DNA of 64,000 bases from Bugula neritina (lineage: Eukaryota; Animalia; Bryozoa): NCBI GenBank assembly GCA_964035545.1, contig OZ037766.1:23362767-23426766 (forward strand), given 5' to 3'. A program made the translations under genes and the position numbers. Under the pieces are notes generated by a model. That model worked only from the letters and a program-made list of their open reading frames with translations. It did no database searches and was not told where the DNA came from. Numbering within the stretch: position 1 is the first letter of the stretch; the number at the start of each line of letters is the position of its first letter. Of this stretch, positions 12,587-27,017 are shown in pieces.

Positions 12587-15500
12587 CTGAATTAAAATAT
12601 GAATTAGATACTTCACAACTGTATGCCATAAGTCAGACTGGACCAAAGTTATGTCAAGTTAACCAAACCTTTAAATAGGTTACACTAAATAATACTATGG
12701 GCTCAAACAATAGAGTACAAGCAGTGTACACAACATACTCATCTATATAAACTGACCATCTAATCTGCAATAAAATTAAAAAGTGTTGCATGATAAAATT
12801 CACAATTTATGCTTGTCTCAACTTCAGTGAAGATTTGTAAAAAAAATATTTCCAAATTAAAAAGAACACATAAAAACGTACTTCAATATAGGATATTTTA
12901 TAAACTTAACCAATTGGACCTTTTTCAGGCGTCCCCAATGTCTCCCTACATATAATCAAAAGTTGTGGTCTTTCAAAATGAAATTTGTAGATCAAAATGG
13001 ACTCACACTCATTTTTGTGGCTTTGTTTGCTGAGCAATGCTAAAGCATCACTTCAGCATTGCTTAGTATCCAAGGTCACAAATTTGCTCCAAGTTTATTT
13101 CCATCAAATTCATTCATGAAGAAAAATTTTCAGAAAAATTCTTGAACTGCTAATATGTGTGCTTATACTAAAATATTTGTCTTTTGAAAAACAATTCTGC
13201 GTCTTAGTTAAAATTTTAAGTTGCAGCCAAACTTCAAATTTTCAAAGAGTTTGCTCTTTATACAAAAGTTCATCTTATTCAGGACACAACTCTTGATTGT
13301 AAAGGGGATATCAGGGGCTTCTGCAAAGGGTATATTTATAATTTTGGGAAAAAGTGTTGAGAGTAAAAATATTATGACAAACTTCTTTTTTCACACTTAA
13401 ACATTAATAAACTGGCTCCAATATAGTAGTTTATCTCTTTGAAAACGAAACTCGCTTTCCCTTAAATTGCAATTTCAAAATACTAAAAATCTTGGCATGA
13501 AAATGGCTATCCTAAATCTAAGAAATGCGTTCAAGCTTTTAAGCAGGAATAAAAAGTGCAGCAGTTGAAATTTGATGCCAAATGAGCTTGTATAATCTTG
13601 CTGAAAAAAAACATACAAATAAAACTTTTAATAACACACCTTGCACTACATTTTGATCAGGAGCTTCAAGATAAGTTTCAGCAACGCCTCTGAATACAGA
13701 TGGGTTAATAGCAAGATGCGTGGAAGTATGAGGAGAAGCATGATCCAGGTCAGAGCAGTTACTCCTTGAGTCCAAGTTTGAATCTAAGCAATTAATTGAA
13801 AAAAAAATCTCGCTTACTTGTTTTGGATTAGTGAATTTGAAAGCATCAAAAGCAAAATTTAGCCAACTATGTGAACAACTGTTTTGAAACATTTCTTTAC
13901 CTACCGAAATTGGCAAGATCTTGATTAAGTGCTAATGAATTGCGAGGCACTGAACTGCAATGTGAAGAGTCGATCACATCACTTGTAAACATGCCACTGG
14001 ATTGCTGTAAATTGTTTACACTTTCTATTTTAGCCTCAGAAGAAATGGAATTAAACAGAGACTCTGCTACATCTTGTTTAGTTAGTTCAGGCAAAACTAA
14101 TTTTCCATCGAAAGTTTTGGAAGATTCTCTAAACTTTTGATTTTTGGAGAGTGCATCTATATCTGGCAGAAATAGCTCAGAAACCTCATCTATGACTTGC
14201 TTCGAAAATTTTGACAAAGATTTTGGCAATTCATGTGCTTTTTTTTTGCAGTCAAGTTCATTAGAAACAGATGAGCAGAACTGCATAGAATCAATGACAC
14301 TGTTACTGATCTTAGGAACAATCATTTTCACATCTGACAATTTATCCAGCTGTTTTTTGCTGTTTTCATGATTAGAACCAACTTCTAACATTTCAAGGAA
14401 ATTCTTTGTGTCTGCATCTTCAAACAGATCAAGTGCTTTTATGTTGCTTTCTTGTTCATGGGTTTTACTGTTTAGCACTCCATTTAAACCAGTCTCTACA
14501 TGCTTGGGCAACTCTTCTAACTTTTGTACGTCAGCTACATGAACAGTTGACTCAAGTTCCATCACATGTTTAACCAGTTTAGAAGAAACAGCCTCATCAT
14601 GACTAGACAACTTTTCTAATTCTTTTTTATCAGGCACCCAACCAGTAGGATTCAGTAGCTTAACTTGCTTAGCTAATCTTGAAGAACAAGCTGTTTCTTT
14701 ATTTGGCAGTTTTTTCATGTTCTCTAGTGAAGAAACTGACGCTTTTGACTCATGAGCTGAAGATGAAGTTTCTGAAGCACTGATGTGTATACAAGCATTT
14801 ACATGTAACTCTTTAGCATCAGACTGATATTTTGGATTACTAGAAATTACATTATCTATAGGGTAGTCAACTGGTTCAATAATCACATTTTTTGGATCGA
14901 AAGTATCTGCTTTGTCATTTGCTCTAAAGGCATTCAAAAGTGAATCATCCCAACTGCAGTCAACTAGTTTAAGTGTATGAGCTGGAGATGGGGTTTTTGA
15001 AGCACCAAACTGCATAGGGGTATTCACATGTAACCCTTTAGCAGTGGACTGATACTCCGAAGGACTAGGAATAGCATCATCCTCGAAAGAATCAACAGGC
15101 TGAATAATCGCGTTTCTATGAGCAATAGTGTTTTCCATTATTGAATTGCCAACTCTGTTGTTGTTGACTTTCAAAGCCTTAGAAAGTGAATCATCTATAT
15201 AATAATCAACTAGGTTGTTTGTATGAGCTGAAGATGTATATTTTGAAGCACTGGTTTGCATAGAATCTGCTGCATTATTGGAGCCCGTTTGGGCTTTGTT
15301 AAGTAATATGTTGCCCTTTTTGGTGTCTTTTATAGGTAGCTCCATTTCTCCATTAAAATTTGGCATATTAGCTCTATTTGAGCTCACGGTACTAGATGGC
15401 AAAAAGATAAATCAACTTTCCTGGGAAGCTCACCAATGTGCTTAGACGAGCCAAAGTTATTGAAAGTGTCAGCTCTTGCTGTGCTTTGTAAAACAGCGTT

Positions 15501-17339
15501 AGTACAAGGATGATCACAGAATTTGAGACCCTCAGATTGCTCATAGTTGGCATCAATTTGAACATTAGTCGATGGCGTGGCTGATGGCTGTGAAGAGCTC
15601 TTTGAAAAGTCATCAACTTCAAACAGCTTTGCCACTTGATCCACAGAGAGACAAGTATTGTCAAAGTTGCATTGTAATGCTTGTCTTTTGCTAGCCATTA
15701 CGTTGGCTCAGGTTAGTGCAATTTCAAGAAGGCTATTTAACCAAGTATAAACTTAGTACAATCAAAGTTTTTCAAAATAGAAACAGTCTGTATTAGCTGC
15801 CTGCAAAAAAATATACAATATGCAAAATATTAGTAATTCTTTACACGGCATTACTCAACTAACTTCAAAGCGAAAACACAAATAAAATATATTCTGAAAC
15901 TATTGCAAATTAAAACGAATAAAAAACAGGCACTGACAGTTATTATTTACTGCATTTAGCATGTGAGCATTTGGTTTTAGAAATTAGTAAAATTCGTGTT
16001 CAGTCAACATATACTTAAAATGAAATTGTAAAACTTTTAAGTTTAATGAAATTGTGACTCCCGGATAAAATAATTGTGATAATACCAGTTACCTCAAGAA
16101 AGTACCACTAGGCAGTAAATATTCGCAATGTATGCAGATACAAATTGTAATATCATTCATTTCTGTTCAGGTTCAAATAGCGAGCTTAGGAATAAGCATC
16201 AATCAACATAAAATTATTCAGGTTCATCCTCCAACAATGAATGACATCATCTGTTTATGGCTTTGCATTATATAAAAATGTTTGAGATATTTTATGCAAA
16301 ACTATGCTAGAAATTTATCCAGTCTATCCAAAAATCGTCTTGCAGAGTTTTGCAATAAAATTTTTTAACATGACTTGGTATCTACAGAAGCTGATTTTGT
16401 TAGGAATTTATTCTATGCTGATTTGTTGTAGGGTTGACCGGGTCACAATAGTCGTAGATGTTAAAAAAGCGGTCAAATGGTAAAAGAAATTATTGACTTG
16501 GAGTTGTGAGTTTAGCTTTAACAAAAAGGCAATGACATAACTTTTCAGCCATTCAATTTACAACACTTGCAATGCACACATGTTGGAGAGGTAAATAAAA
16601 ATTTGTTTTTACCCACAGTTTGTAAATTTTTAAGATGTCGTTAAGGCTTTGTAATATTTTACACTTAAGGGTGACAAGCCTAGTTTTTCTTGATTTTGCT
16701 GCCATTGCTTGTCTTCCAATTTCTAAGCTAATATATTAACAGATTCTAAAACAAGTTATTCTTGGGCTACATTTATTTTCAATTGGGCCACACGAGGTAC
16801 AATGGGCCTTGCTGATAGGGGCACAATCTATCCACAACTGGCTTGTTAATCTTGTAAAATATTAAAGACATCATAGTGAGACTACGAAAACACAAGGTTA
16901 GGATGCCTTAATATATATATCTGGTGAAGTTATAACTCTGCCTTTTCATACATCATATACAAAGCCTTCTGCTGTAGCCAATAATGTATAATCACGGTAT
17001 CCACTGTACGTTACATCATTCAGGGAATATACACTAAAGCAACTTGTGGTTTGCTGATTTCACCCCCCCCCCTTCCGCATTCCAGCCTCAGACTTCAGAC
17101 GCCTTAGCTAGGCTGCAGTTCATTGAAAAAGTCTACTTGGAATTTTGTAGCACATGTTACTGAAGTATTTTCTGATGAAAGTTCTTCACAGTATAGTTAA
17201 AAACAATTTTTGAGCTGCAGGTACCGTGCTGATGTTTGCATTGTTTTCAAATAAAAATTTAGTACCAGTAAAATACAATCTCACCATTTGTGCTAGACTG
17301 AAAATTTAGAACTATCTTGTACATCTTTTTTCCCAAAGC

Positions 17340-20300
17340 AAGATTTTTAGAATTTGCATTTTTCATCTTTTTGCAAAGTTATCGACAAAAAAAATGCTCA
17401 TTTTTGGTCAAATTTGTCTAAAAAGCTGACTTTTCAATGTCAGTAAACAGCAAACAATGATATTTGGATCAACATTGCGCTGTCTGAAGGCTGAGATATT
17501 TTTACAGTGCAACTTTTTTCCCTTAAATTTTTGCTGCATGTGGAAATTTACAATTTATGCTTGTCCCAATTTAAGTGAAGAGTTATATGCAGCAATATAT
17601 TTATGCTTATATGCATACAATTTATTTATACTTACTTGAAAGCAAGAAGTTGCAAAAAATTTAAAAAAAATTATACATTGTTTTAAAGTTATTTTTCAAT
17701 TTTTTTGTTTCTTATGCGATAGTTTTACATATAAAATATACTGAATATGAAACTAAATAAAATTTATTTACCTAAGGCAAATAAACGACAATATTTACAC
17801 AGCTTTTGGGGTAAAAATCCTTTGCACAAATAGCCTACAAAAATCTTTATTTTGTTTAACTTTTAGGCAACAGATACTGCAATAATGGCAAAGTAATGAC
17901 TGGATTGCAAGTTATTTTCACTGGTATTTCTACAATGCAATTTTCAAAAGTAAAAAAAACACACACAAATGTAGTTCAGTATAAGATGTTTTATAAACTT
18001 TACCAACGGATCACTATAGAACAAAATGGCTAAGGTTGAAGAAACTTTGACACTGGTGAGATTTCAACATTTTAATGCACGACGAACTACTTTATTACAA
18101 ACCATAATATTAATAAAACAGTTTCATCAAAAGCCGCAAGATAAGTTTCAGCAATGCTTCTGAATACAGATAGATCAGTAGCCATACGTGAGGAAGGTCG
18201 AGTAGATGCATGATCCAGATCAGAACAGTTACTTGGTAAGTCCAGGTTTGAATCTACGAAATAATTTTAAAATATTTTAGCATAACTGTTTCAGATTAGT
18301 GAATTTATGTATATAATAACTGCTAACCGTGCAACTGGATTGCTGTGAAATGTTTACACTTTCTATTTTAGCCTCGAAACAAACATGACTAAGCGGAGAC
18401 TTGACTAAATTCTGTTTAATTGGTACAAGGAAAGCAATTCTTCATTGAACATATAATGAGAAGATATTTTAAACTTCTGCTTTTTGGAGAGTGAATCTGT
18501 AACTTGAAGAAATTGCTCAGTAAGCCCATCTATGACTTGCATCGGAAGAACTGACAAATGTTTTGTCGATTCATGAGCCTTTTCTTTGCAGACAACTTGA
18601 TTAGAGACAGATGAGCATAACTGCATGGAATCAATCACACTGCTACTGATTTCGAAAACATCACATTTCCTGACAAATCTTTCGGCTCTTCATTGCTGTT
18701 TCAACAATCTGAACTAAATTCTAAGAAGTCTGAAAAATCTTTGTATTTTGCATTTTCAAACAGATCATGAGCGTTTATGTTGGTTTCTTTTTCATTGGTC
18801 CGGTTGTTTGAGACCTCCATTATTCCAGTTGCTATACGTTTGGCCAACTTCTAATTTTTTTTGATCGGACACCCAACATGTCAGTTCTAATCGCATTACC
18901 TGTTTAGCTAGTCTTAAGGAAAAATTAGTTTCCTTATTGAGTAATAAATTTGACTTCTTTTGCTAGGAACCTAAACCAGTTGGCTCAAGCTGCTTTACGT
19001 TGCTAGCTAGTGTTGCAGGAAAATAGCATTCTAAATTATAAACAATTTATGTTTTTTCTTGATTAAACATCAAATCAGTTGACTCTAGTTGCATCACTTG
19101 TTTGGCTAAACTTGAAAAAAGTTGCTGTTTCTTAATTGGGCAATTTTTCTATACTCTTTTGCAAAGATACTAAATTATTTGGTTCATGTTGCATGTTGGC
19201 TAGCTAGGCTTTAAGAAAAGTTGCCTTTACTAGTAGGAACCTTCTTTAACCTTTCCTCATCAGACACCAAGCCGATTGAGTATTTCTGCAATGCAACTGC
19301 TATTAATAAAAAAACACATGCAAGGGTAGTTTAGAATAGGATGGATGTTTTATCAACTTGACCAACTTATCACTATAAAAAAAGGGCTAAATAAGCTGAA
19401 GAAACCTTAACACTGGTGAGGTCTCAACATTATAATGCACGACAAATTATTTATTGCAAACCCAAACATTAATAAAATAGTTTCATAAAAAAACTGCAAG
19501 ATAAATTTCAGCAAAGCTTCTGAATACAGATGGATTAATAGCTATACGCAAAGAAGGTCGAGTAGAAGCATGATTCTGATCAGGATACTTAATTTGTAAG
19601 TCCAAGTTTGAATCTACACAATAATTTTAGAAAATTTCAGCTAATCTGTTTGAGATTAGTGAATTTAAATATTTATTAATTGCTAATTCTAGTTATGTCA
19701 TCTAGAAAGTTTCCTTATTGAGTAATATTATATTTGTCTTCTTTTGCTCAGAACCCAAACCAGTTGGCTCAAGCTGCTTTACGTTGCTAGCTAGTGTGGC
19801 AGGAAAATACTGTTCTTTACTAGAAACAATTTCTAGCTTATTTTGATCAAACATCAAATCAGTTGACTCCAGTTGCATCACTTGTTTGGCTGAACTTCAA
19901 ACAGTTGCTGTTTCTTAATTGGGCAATTTCTTTATACTCTTTTGCAAAGATACTAAATCATTTGGTTCATGTTGCATGTTGGCTAGCTAGGCTTTGAGAA
20001 AAGTTGCCTTTACTAGTAGGAACCTTCTTTAACATTTCCTCATCAGACACCAAGCCGATTGAGTATTTCTGCAATGCAACTGCTAAAAATAAAAAAGAAC
20101 ACATGCAAGGGTAGTTTAGAATAGGATGTTTTAACAACTTGACCAACTTATCAATGTAAAAAAAGGCTAAAGCTGAAGAAACTTTAACACTGGTGAGGTT
20201 TCAACATTTTAATGCACGACGAATTATTTTTTGCAAACTCAAACATTAATAAACTCAAACATTAATAAAATAGTTTCATAAAAAACTGCAAGATAAATTT

Positions 20301-22731
20301 TAGCAAAGCTTTTGAATGCAGGCGGATTAATAGCTATATGTGAGGAAGGTCTAGTAGAAGAACGATCCAGATCAGGACACTTACTTTGTAAGTCCAAGTT
20401 TGAATCTACACAGTAATTTTGGAAAATTTCAGCGTTTCTGTTTAAGATTAGTGAATTTAAATATTTATTAATTGCTAATTCTAGTCATCTAGAAAGTTTC
20501 CTTATTGAGTAATATTATATTTGACTTTTTCTGCTTAGAACCCAAACCAGTTGGCTCAAGCTGCTTTACGTTGCTAGCTAGTGTTGCAGGAAAATACTAA
20601 TCTTTATGTTTTTTTATCAAACACCAAATCGGTTGACTTCAGCTGCATCACCTGTTTGGCTACACTTGAAAAAGTCGCTGTTTCTTAATTGGGCAATTTC
20701 TTCATACTCTTTTGCAAAGAAACTGAATTATTTGGTTCATGTTGCATGTTGGCTAGCTGGGCCTTGGCAAACGTTGCTTTTACTAGTAGGAAATTTCTTT
20801 AACGTTTCCTCATCAGACATCAAGTCAATTGACTCAAATTGCATGACATTTCGAGTTTGCTTTAATGAAAAGTTGTCTATTAATAATTGAACAACTTCTT
20901 AAACTTTCTTCTATTAGACGGGGAAAATTTCAGCATTCTTTTCGACAAATCTTTTGCTAGATTTGGAGAAACATAGGTTTTATCATTTAGAATTTTATTA
21001 AGCTTTTGTCACTTAAACACCAGCACATGTGACTCAGGCGCTAAGTTTAGGTGTAATTCTCTGGCATCATTTTCAATGATTGATCTATTAACCAATGCGA
21101 TTAAAAGTCAAAGAATTGTGATACCTCACTATTATTAGCCATTTCTGAAGCAATCTCCACCATTTTTTTAAAAGGATGCCTGGTTTGTCTTTGTCATTTT
21201 GAGAATTAGAGTGGGGCTCTTCACTCATACAATAGTAACAACACCAATTGAGACAATTATTAGAGCATTTACATGTAACTCTCTAGCATTAGATCAATAT
21301 TTTAGAATACCAGGAATCACATTATCTTTGGAGTAATCAACTGGTTCAATAGCCACATTGTTAGATTAATATATAGTAGTTGCTCACTGGAGCTTCAAGA
21401 TTCATGAGAGCGTTCACTCGGTTTGTTAAGGTTTATGTCTCTGGCCGTGTGTAGCTATATTAGCTATGCGGTGGCTAGTACGGCAACTTGTGGTAACACG
21501 CTAGTGTACATATCTGAGAGAATACTATCATAGGCTCAATTCACAATGCGCCACTATAAAACACATTTTGAGAATCACAAGTGTTTCCAACAATTGCTAT
21601 AAAACTTTTGAACGTTCATCATCCCATTCACAATCAGCTAGGTTAAGAGCTGAAGATAGAGTTTGATGACCGCGGGACGTTATGTGCTACCTCATCTTTT
21701 TATGCCTACTTTGGGCCACGTCAATACGCCAGCATCAAACATCTGTAAACTATGGTCAACCCTAATCATGGCATTATTTTGTACTTTTACTTCGTTGTAA
21801 TTTAATTCCAAATTATTGTTATAAATATACTTGTTCTGCGATGACAACCAGCACTGTTCTCTCTCAAATGTACTCACAAAGAGTTATGTTCTACCTTTGC
21901 AAAACACACTCATAACCCAAGGTTGTAGTAGCTCGTAAAACTAAACAATGGAGTTTCCAAAGCACCAATGCGTATATGGTCCTCTACATGTAATTTTCAG
22001 CATTGAACTCATATTTAAAAAGACTAAGAATTACAATAGTTTTCAAAAAATCAACTCTTTCAAAAATCACAATTATAAATCAAAAACCTTTTTAATAAGT
22101 AAATTATTCACTCTGTTGTTGTTTGTTTGAAAGCAGCAAAAGTGAATGATCCTTATAATAAACAACTAGGTCACTTCGATAAGTTGGAGATCAGAGTGTT
22201 TAAAAATAGAAACAATCTATATCAGCCGTCTGTAAATAAATATACAATATACAAAAGATTTGTGCAACTCTTTCCACAGCATTGCTCAACTAACTTTAAT
22301 GCAAAAACGCACAAAAAATATATTTTGTTCAATTATTGCAAACTAAAACAAATAAACAACAGGTGTTGTGGTATTTACACAGTTTATGTAAACTGAAATA
22401 GCCTTTTCTCGATGTTTTAGCTGATCAATTCATACTCTGTTTTTAAAAAAGATAGTCACTTCCTGTTTGATAAATTGTAGTGCTTGATTAAAATAATTTG
22501 AAGATAAAAAGTCCACTGATAAATGCTTGCTAAATAGACATCAAACGAATAAACAACAGGCACTGACAGGTATCGTCGACAGCATTTAGCATGTGAGCAC
22601 ACGGCTTTTGAACTTGTAAAAATCCATGTTCAGCCAACATAATTATACTAAAGATGCAATTGTTCAATTTTTAAGTTGTATAAAAAAGCTAACCCTAGAT
22701 ATTAGAATTGTAACAATTAATGCCATCCACC
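17340..22731 (-). pseudogene. Paralog C: decayed, 3'-truncated copy
   Basis: Acceptor region near 22230 homologous to 5306; giant-exon remnants with stops and indels; shares insertions with D; lacks the downstream small exons and joins B-upstream sequence near 17300. Confidence 0.75.
18930..20830. repeat. Local tandem multiplication (~785-bp period) within paralog C
   Basis: aaaccagttggctcaagctgctttacgttgctagctagtg recurs at about 18975, 19757 and 20545; the exon-like DSNLD block recurs at about 18130-18255, 19490-19615 and 20285-20407. Confidence 0.85.
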
Positions 22732-23781
22732 TCAGGTAACTACAACTTGCCAGCAGAAAATTGCAATGCAGGTGAATATTGTAATCGCAAGCATTTATAT
22801 TGTCATGATTGTAGCTCAAACTAGCACCAAATCTGATTGACAAGTATTTCACACCATATGCTATAGCAGCGTATTTCTTGATAGATTATGGTAATGAAAG
22901 TTACATTTATAAGTGATCTTCTCAACTCTGCAGAAGCATATTCACTGGTTTTATCAGATTATTTGGTAAAACAATAGGGTGTACACAAAAGTTACAATAT
23001 AAACATATAGATGAAAGTTGCCTTCTCTGGGAAAAACATCTAGAGAACCTCCGAATCTTTAAGGACTTTTAAGCCGACGCTGGCCGGCTGCATGAGAGAC
23101 TTTGATAATTTAAATATCGTCAATTTGCTAACATAAGTAACATGAAGGATTTAGAAGCTTGGGGGAAAAGTTTAAAAATAAATTAGAAAAATAAAGGGAA
23201 ATGCGCAGAGACAAAAGCAAATGTTGAATTGGTTAAAAACAGTCAAACCTATTACCACTTTTCCTCGATGCAGTTGAAATGTTATGCTAAAATTTAAAAA
23301 TCAAGCAAAGAAAAGTAAATATGCAAAAGTATAATACAATTATTAAAACACCAACACAATGATAGTGTCACTTTTAAAAAAAACAACCTTATTTTAGACT
23401 TTATGCAGATAAGAGTGCATGCAACATTTAAACAGGAGGACTCGACTATACTGGAGTTCTCAGCTCTCTATCATACTTATACAAAATAACATTTTTGTTT
23501 TTAGATATGGTAAATTAGACGGTAACTTTGACGATTTTGCGACTCGAACTTTCAATGACACAGTTGGTGCTAATTCGGCTTGGCTTTCTCGTCTAAAGGG
23601 TTTTGTTGGTGTGCTCTCAACAGTCGGACAATGTCGATAAAACCCGGTGAAGTCATCATCATCAAAATCTTCCTGATCTAAATATATTTGCTCAGGCATC
23701 TTACACATAATGCATATAAACAGTAGGCAATTGCAAATTTTCAGTGAGATAGAGAGCCACTGCTATCCCTTTCAATAGAGT

Positions 23782-23905
<124 letters not shown>

Positions 23906-25834
23906 GAAGAGCTCAAGATGTTTCTCAATCTAGATCACACCATGTGTGAATAATGGTTTACCTATAAAGTTAAATGACAACAGTTCTGGTTGAAGTAATA
24001 AAAACTATACTTTGTATATTTCTGGTTCACCTAAGCCTTGTTATTTACACACTTTTGGGACTGCCACTTTCAGAATAATGAGTTAAAAAAAACTATAACT
24101 ATATAGTCTGGCAGAAAAATGCCAATTTTTGACTTAGGTTCGCAACCCCGGATAAAGTTTTTTTCTCTCCTGATTATTCAAATATAGGGTCTAGGTAAAT
24201 GTTTCCAGGTGGGTGTGGACTTCTTACCCTTGAGCATTTTGAGAAATTCAAGATGGCCGCCAGGCACCAAACGATTTTTTTCTAATTCAAATGTACCTAC
24301 CCATTGGGGCTAAATTTAAGGTTCCAATGCTTTGAAATCTTTAGAAATTAATATAATAAAGATGCATGTGCATTATTGAGTAATAGGCAAATGATACCCA
24401 AGGGTAACTAAGCTAAGCCTTAATAATTCATTTTAGCCTTGCCGTGTTTATAAATTCCTTGCATCTCTGCATCAGTTTGTTTTAACTTCATGAAAATTTA
24501 CTATATGGTGTGATTTTATATGCTGATTACAAATATGTCCACCGAATAAAGCTGAAAAGGGTTCTGCAAACTTAAAATGCAACGTCATTGCCATATGAGC
24601 TATAAATAGCAATTTATTTCAAACTAGCATGCCTATCAAAAAGGTTTGTTGAGCTGCCAACTTAATGGTTATTTTCAGTTTTAAAACTTTAGCTATGTTT
24701 TTTAAAGTTATAAAAAGGGGTTAACAACCTTAATAACACAGCACCATGGCTTCTTAACATAATTTAATTGCTTTATTATTGACGCATCATTTATCTGACA
24801 TTTTTGCTTTCGAAAACTATTTCTACAATCAGCACATTCGACTTTTCCTCTAAAAGCATTTGTAAACAGTTTTTTTAGGAATGAAAATGTATTTCATGCT
24901 GGGGGAAGTAATACATCTATTAGAACAGCGGTTTCCTACCTTTTTCATACCAATCCCCTTTCATTAACGTTTACTATTAATTTCTCTCCTTTTAATGACA
25001 TATGTTGGGTGCACTGGAACACTAATAGCTGAAAGTGATTTGGTAGAAATAGTTAATTCTACTTTTGGTGGTTTCTCCAAAATGCTAAATAGAAAGAGTT
25101 TCCCTAGAATGTACGAGGTTTGAGAATATTGGTGGGAGAACTGTTAAAGCTAGTCATGATGAAAGTGTAATCACTAGCATGAAAGACCTTGAAAAGATGT
25201 TGATTAAGATTGCAGAGAGCTCAATAACAGCAAAACTGTGGGTCATGTGCTTTATTGGACCAATTTTTATCAACACCCACATCATAGCTGTTAGAGAAGG
25301 AGACTGGGCCTTACACCTAGCAATGGAAGAGGAAATGCACTATCTGCACAGCATGGAGGTCATGCCCCAAGATGTAAGGATTGAATTCGCGGCTGGTAAC
25401 CACACAATGCATCATAAACGCGGCCAGCTCGACGGCATCTGCTCGAACATGACCATTGAGGTGACCTTCGTGAGATTTGGTCACAGCAAGGGGAAGTCAT
25501 TGGCATCACCACTAAATCTGAACCTCTCAAGGTGTGGGTGTACAGCACTTTTGCATGCAACAAGATACAATAAGGCCTCAGTGACATGAAGAATGAGTCT
25601 GAAATAAATGCTTTCACTACTCATAAGGATGAGATGCAATCAAGTATCCAATCTGATTCAAAGGACAGGGAGTCTGTCAAACGGAAGATTGAACTCTGCA
25701 ATGACCCACTCAAAAAATGATGCCACCCAGTGGCTCTTGTCAATATTGAAGCAGATGAGTGCAACTGAGATGCGGATGCTTTGACACATTTACAATATAA
25801 ATTGGGAAGACCATGTAACAAATGATAATATAAA

Positions 25835-26150
25835 GGAGGAGGCCAAAATAGAAGCCATCGCAATAGACATGAGGAGGAGACCTCCTCAATGGTATGAACA
25901 TGTGCGCAGAAGAGATAGGGAGGAAGATATTATAATGGTGGCTGAGATGAAGATATAGAGAAAGAGGAAGAAAGGGGCCAAAGAAAAGGTTAATGGATAC
26001 AGTGGAGGATGGCATACTGAAATGTGGCTTCTCAGATGAAGATGTTGACAATAGAATCAGATGACACTCTCTGATAGCACTTAGTGGCCTGCAAAACCAC
26101 TACTCATCCTGGACCACAGCATACTAGGTGAGAAAGTCCAAGACAAGGTC
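25835..26150 (+). mobile_element. 5'-truncated LINE (RTE-like) 3' end nested in the Academ
   Basis: Remnant MRRRPPQWYEHVRRRDREEDIIMVAEMK..KRK.G.PKKR.MDTVED resembles the LINE ORF2 C-terminus (RL.W.GHV.R...GRP.KRW.D). Boundaries approximate. Confidence 0.65.
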
Positions 26151-26603
26151 CTATAATGAACAATTTGCTGCTTTCCCATGGCCTCTCAGGGGCAACAATG
26201 TAAAATATTGGAAAGGGAGTCATACTAAATGTCTTGGTAGAAGGAAAGTGTGATTTGGTGACACTAGTGCTTCTTTTCAGGATGACTATTCATACAAGCT
26301 ACCAAGTTTATGCTATGTTGCTACAATTATGCAAAGTGCTCCTTCATGACATCTACAAGACAAAAGGCTTGGGAAACCAAGGTCAGCAATGCTATTTGCG
26401 ATGTGCCTTTAACTTATGTACTTTGCCTCCTACAGATGAAGCTATTAGACAATGTCACCAGAGCACACCTCCAGGTAGCCATATGAAACTTCGGCATTAA
26501 ACCCACTATAGAACATTGGTAGGTGAAAGGGGATCTAATAGAATCTCTTTTCCCAAAAGAAGTAGAAAATGATGTTGTGCTTACACCAGACAGTATTATG
26601 AAG

Positions 26604-27017
26604 TGGATTATTTTAGTTAATTCAGTGTACACTCGACGACTCTAGCTTTTGGCGATTTTTTACAATTTAGCTGCTATTGTATATAGATTTTTGCCTCAAA
26701 CTATCAAAATTTTAACAAATAAAACTCTGAATAATTAAGGCTTTTCCAATTATGCATGATTTTCTATGTCTTTTCCTAATTTATTATTACATTGAGATAT
26801 TATATAGGCCGTGATGACTCACAAATATATATGTAGCTCGTATGACAATGACGCCGCGCTTAAATGTTGCAGGACCTCTTTCCAGTCATTTTTGTTATAC
26901 ATAGATAGAATCAGCAAAGTCTATTACTCCATATAGTAAATTTTCATGAACTTTGAGCAAACTTTAAATGGTTTGAGCATAATCTGATGATGTGTACTAA
27001 ATAAAGTAAAATAGCCC
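26604..27017. mobile_element. Probable MITE interrupting the Academ transposase
   Basis: The transposase frame DVVLTPDSIMK resumes as FIKCSC after about 415 bp; imperfect terminal inverted repeats; an inverted relative of its interior lies at about 24480-24610. Confidence 0.45.

Larger units (their letters stand above)
10376..15698 (-). pseudogene. Paralog B, probable pseudogene. Exons 15800-13905, 13783-13640, 12586-12482, 12242-12186, 11978-11922, 10599-10376
   Basis: ATG 15698 (MASKRQALQC). A 1-bp deletion near 15410 (ggcaaaaagataa vs ggcaaaagagataa in A and E) splits the ORF into 15384..15698 and 13897..15402. All listed junctions are GT-AG and phase 1, giving an otherwise continuous frame. 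Confidence 0.8.
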
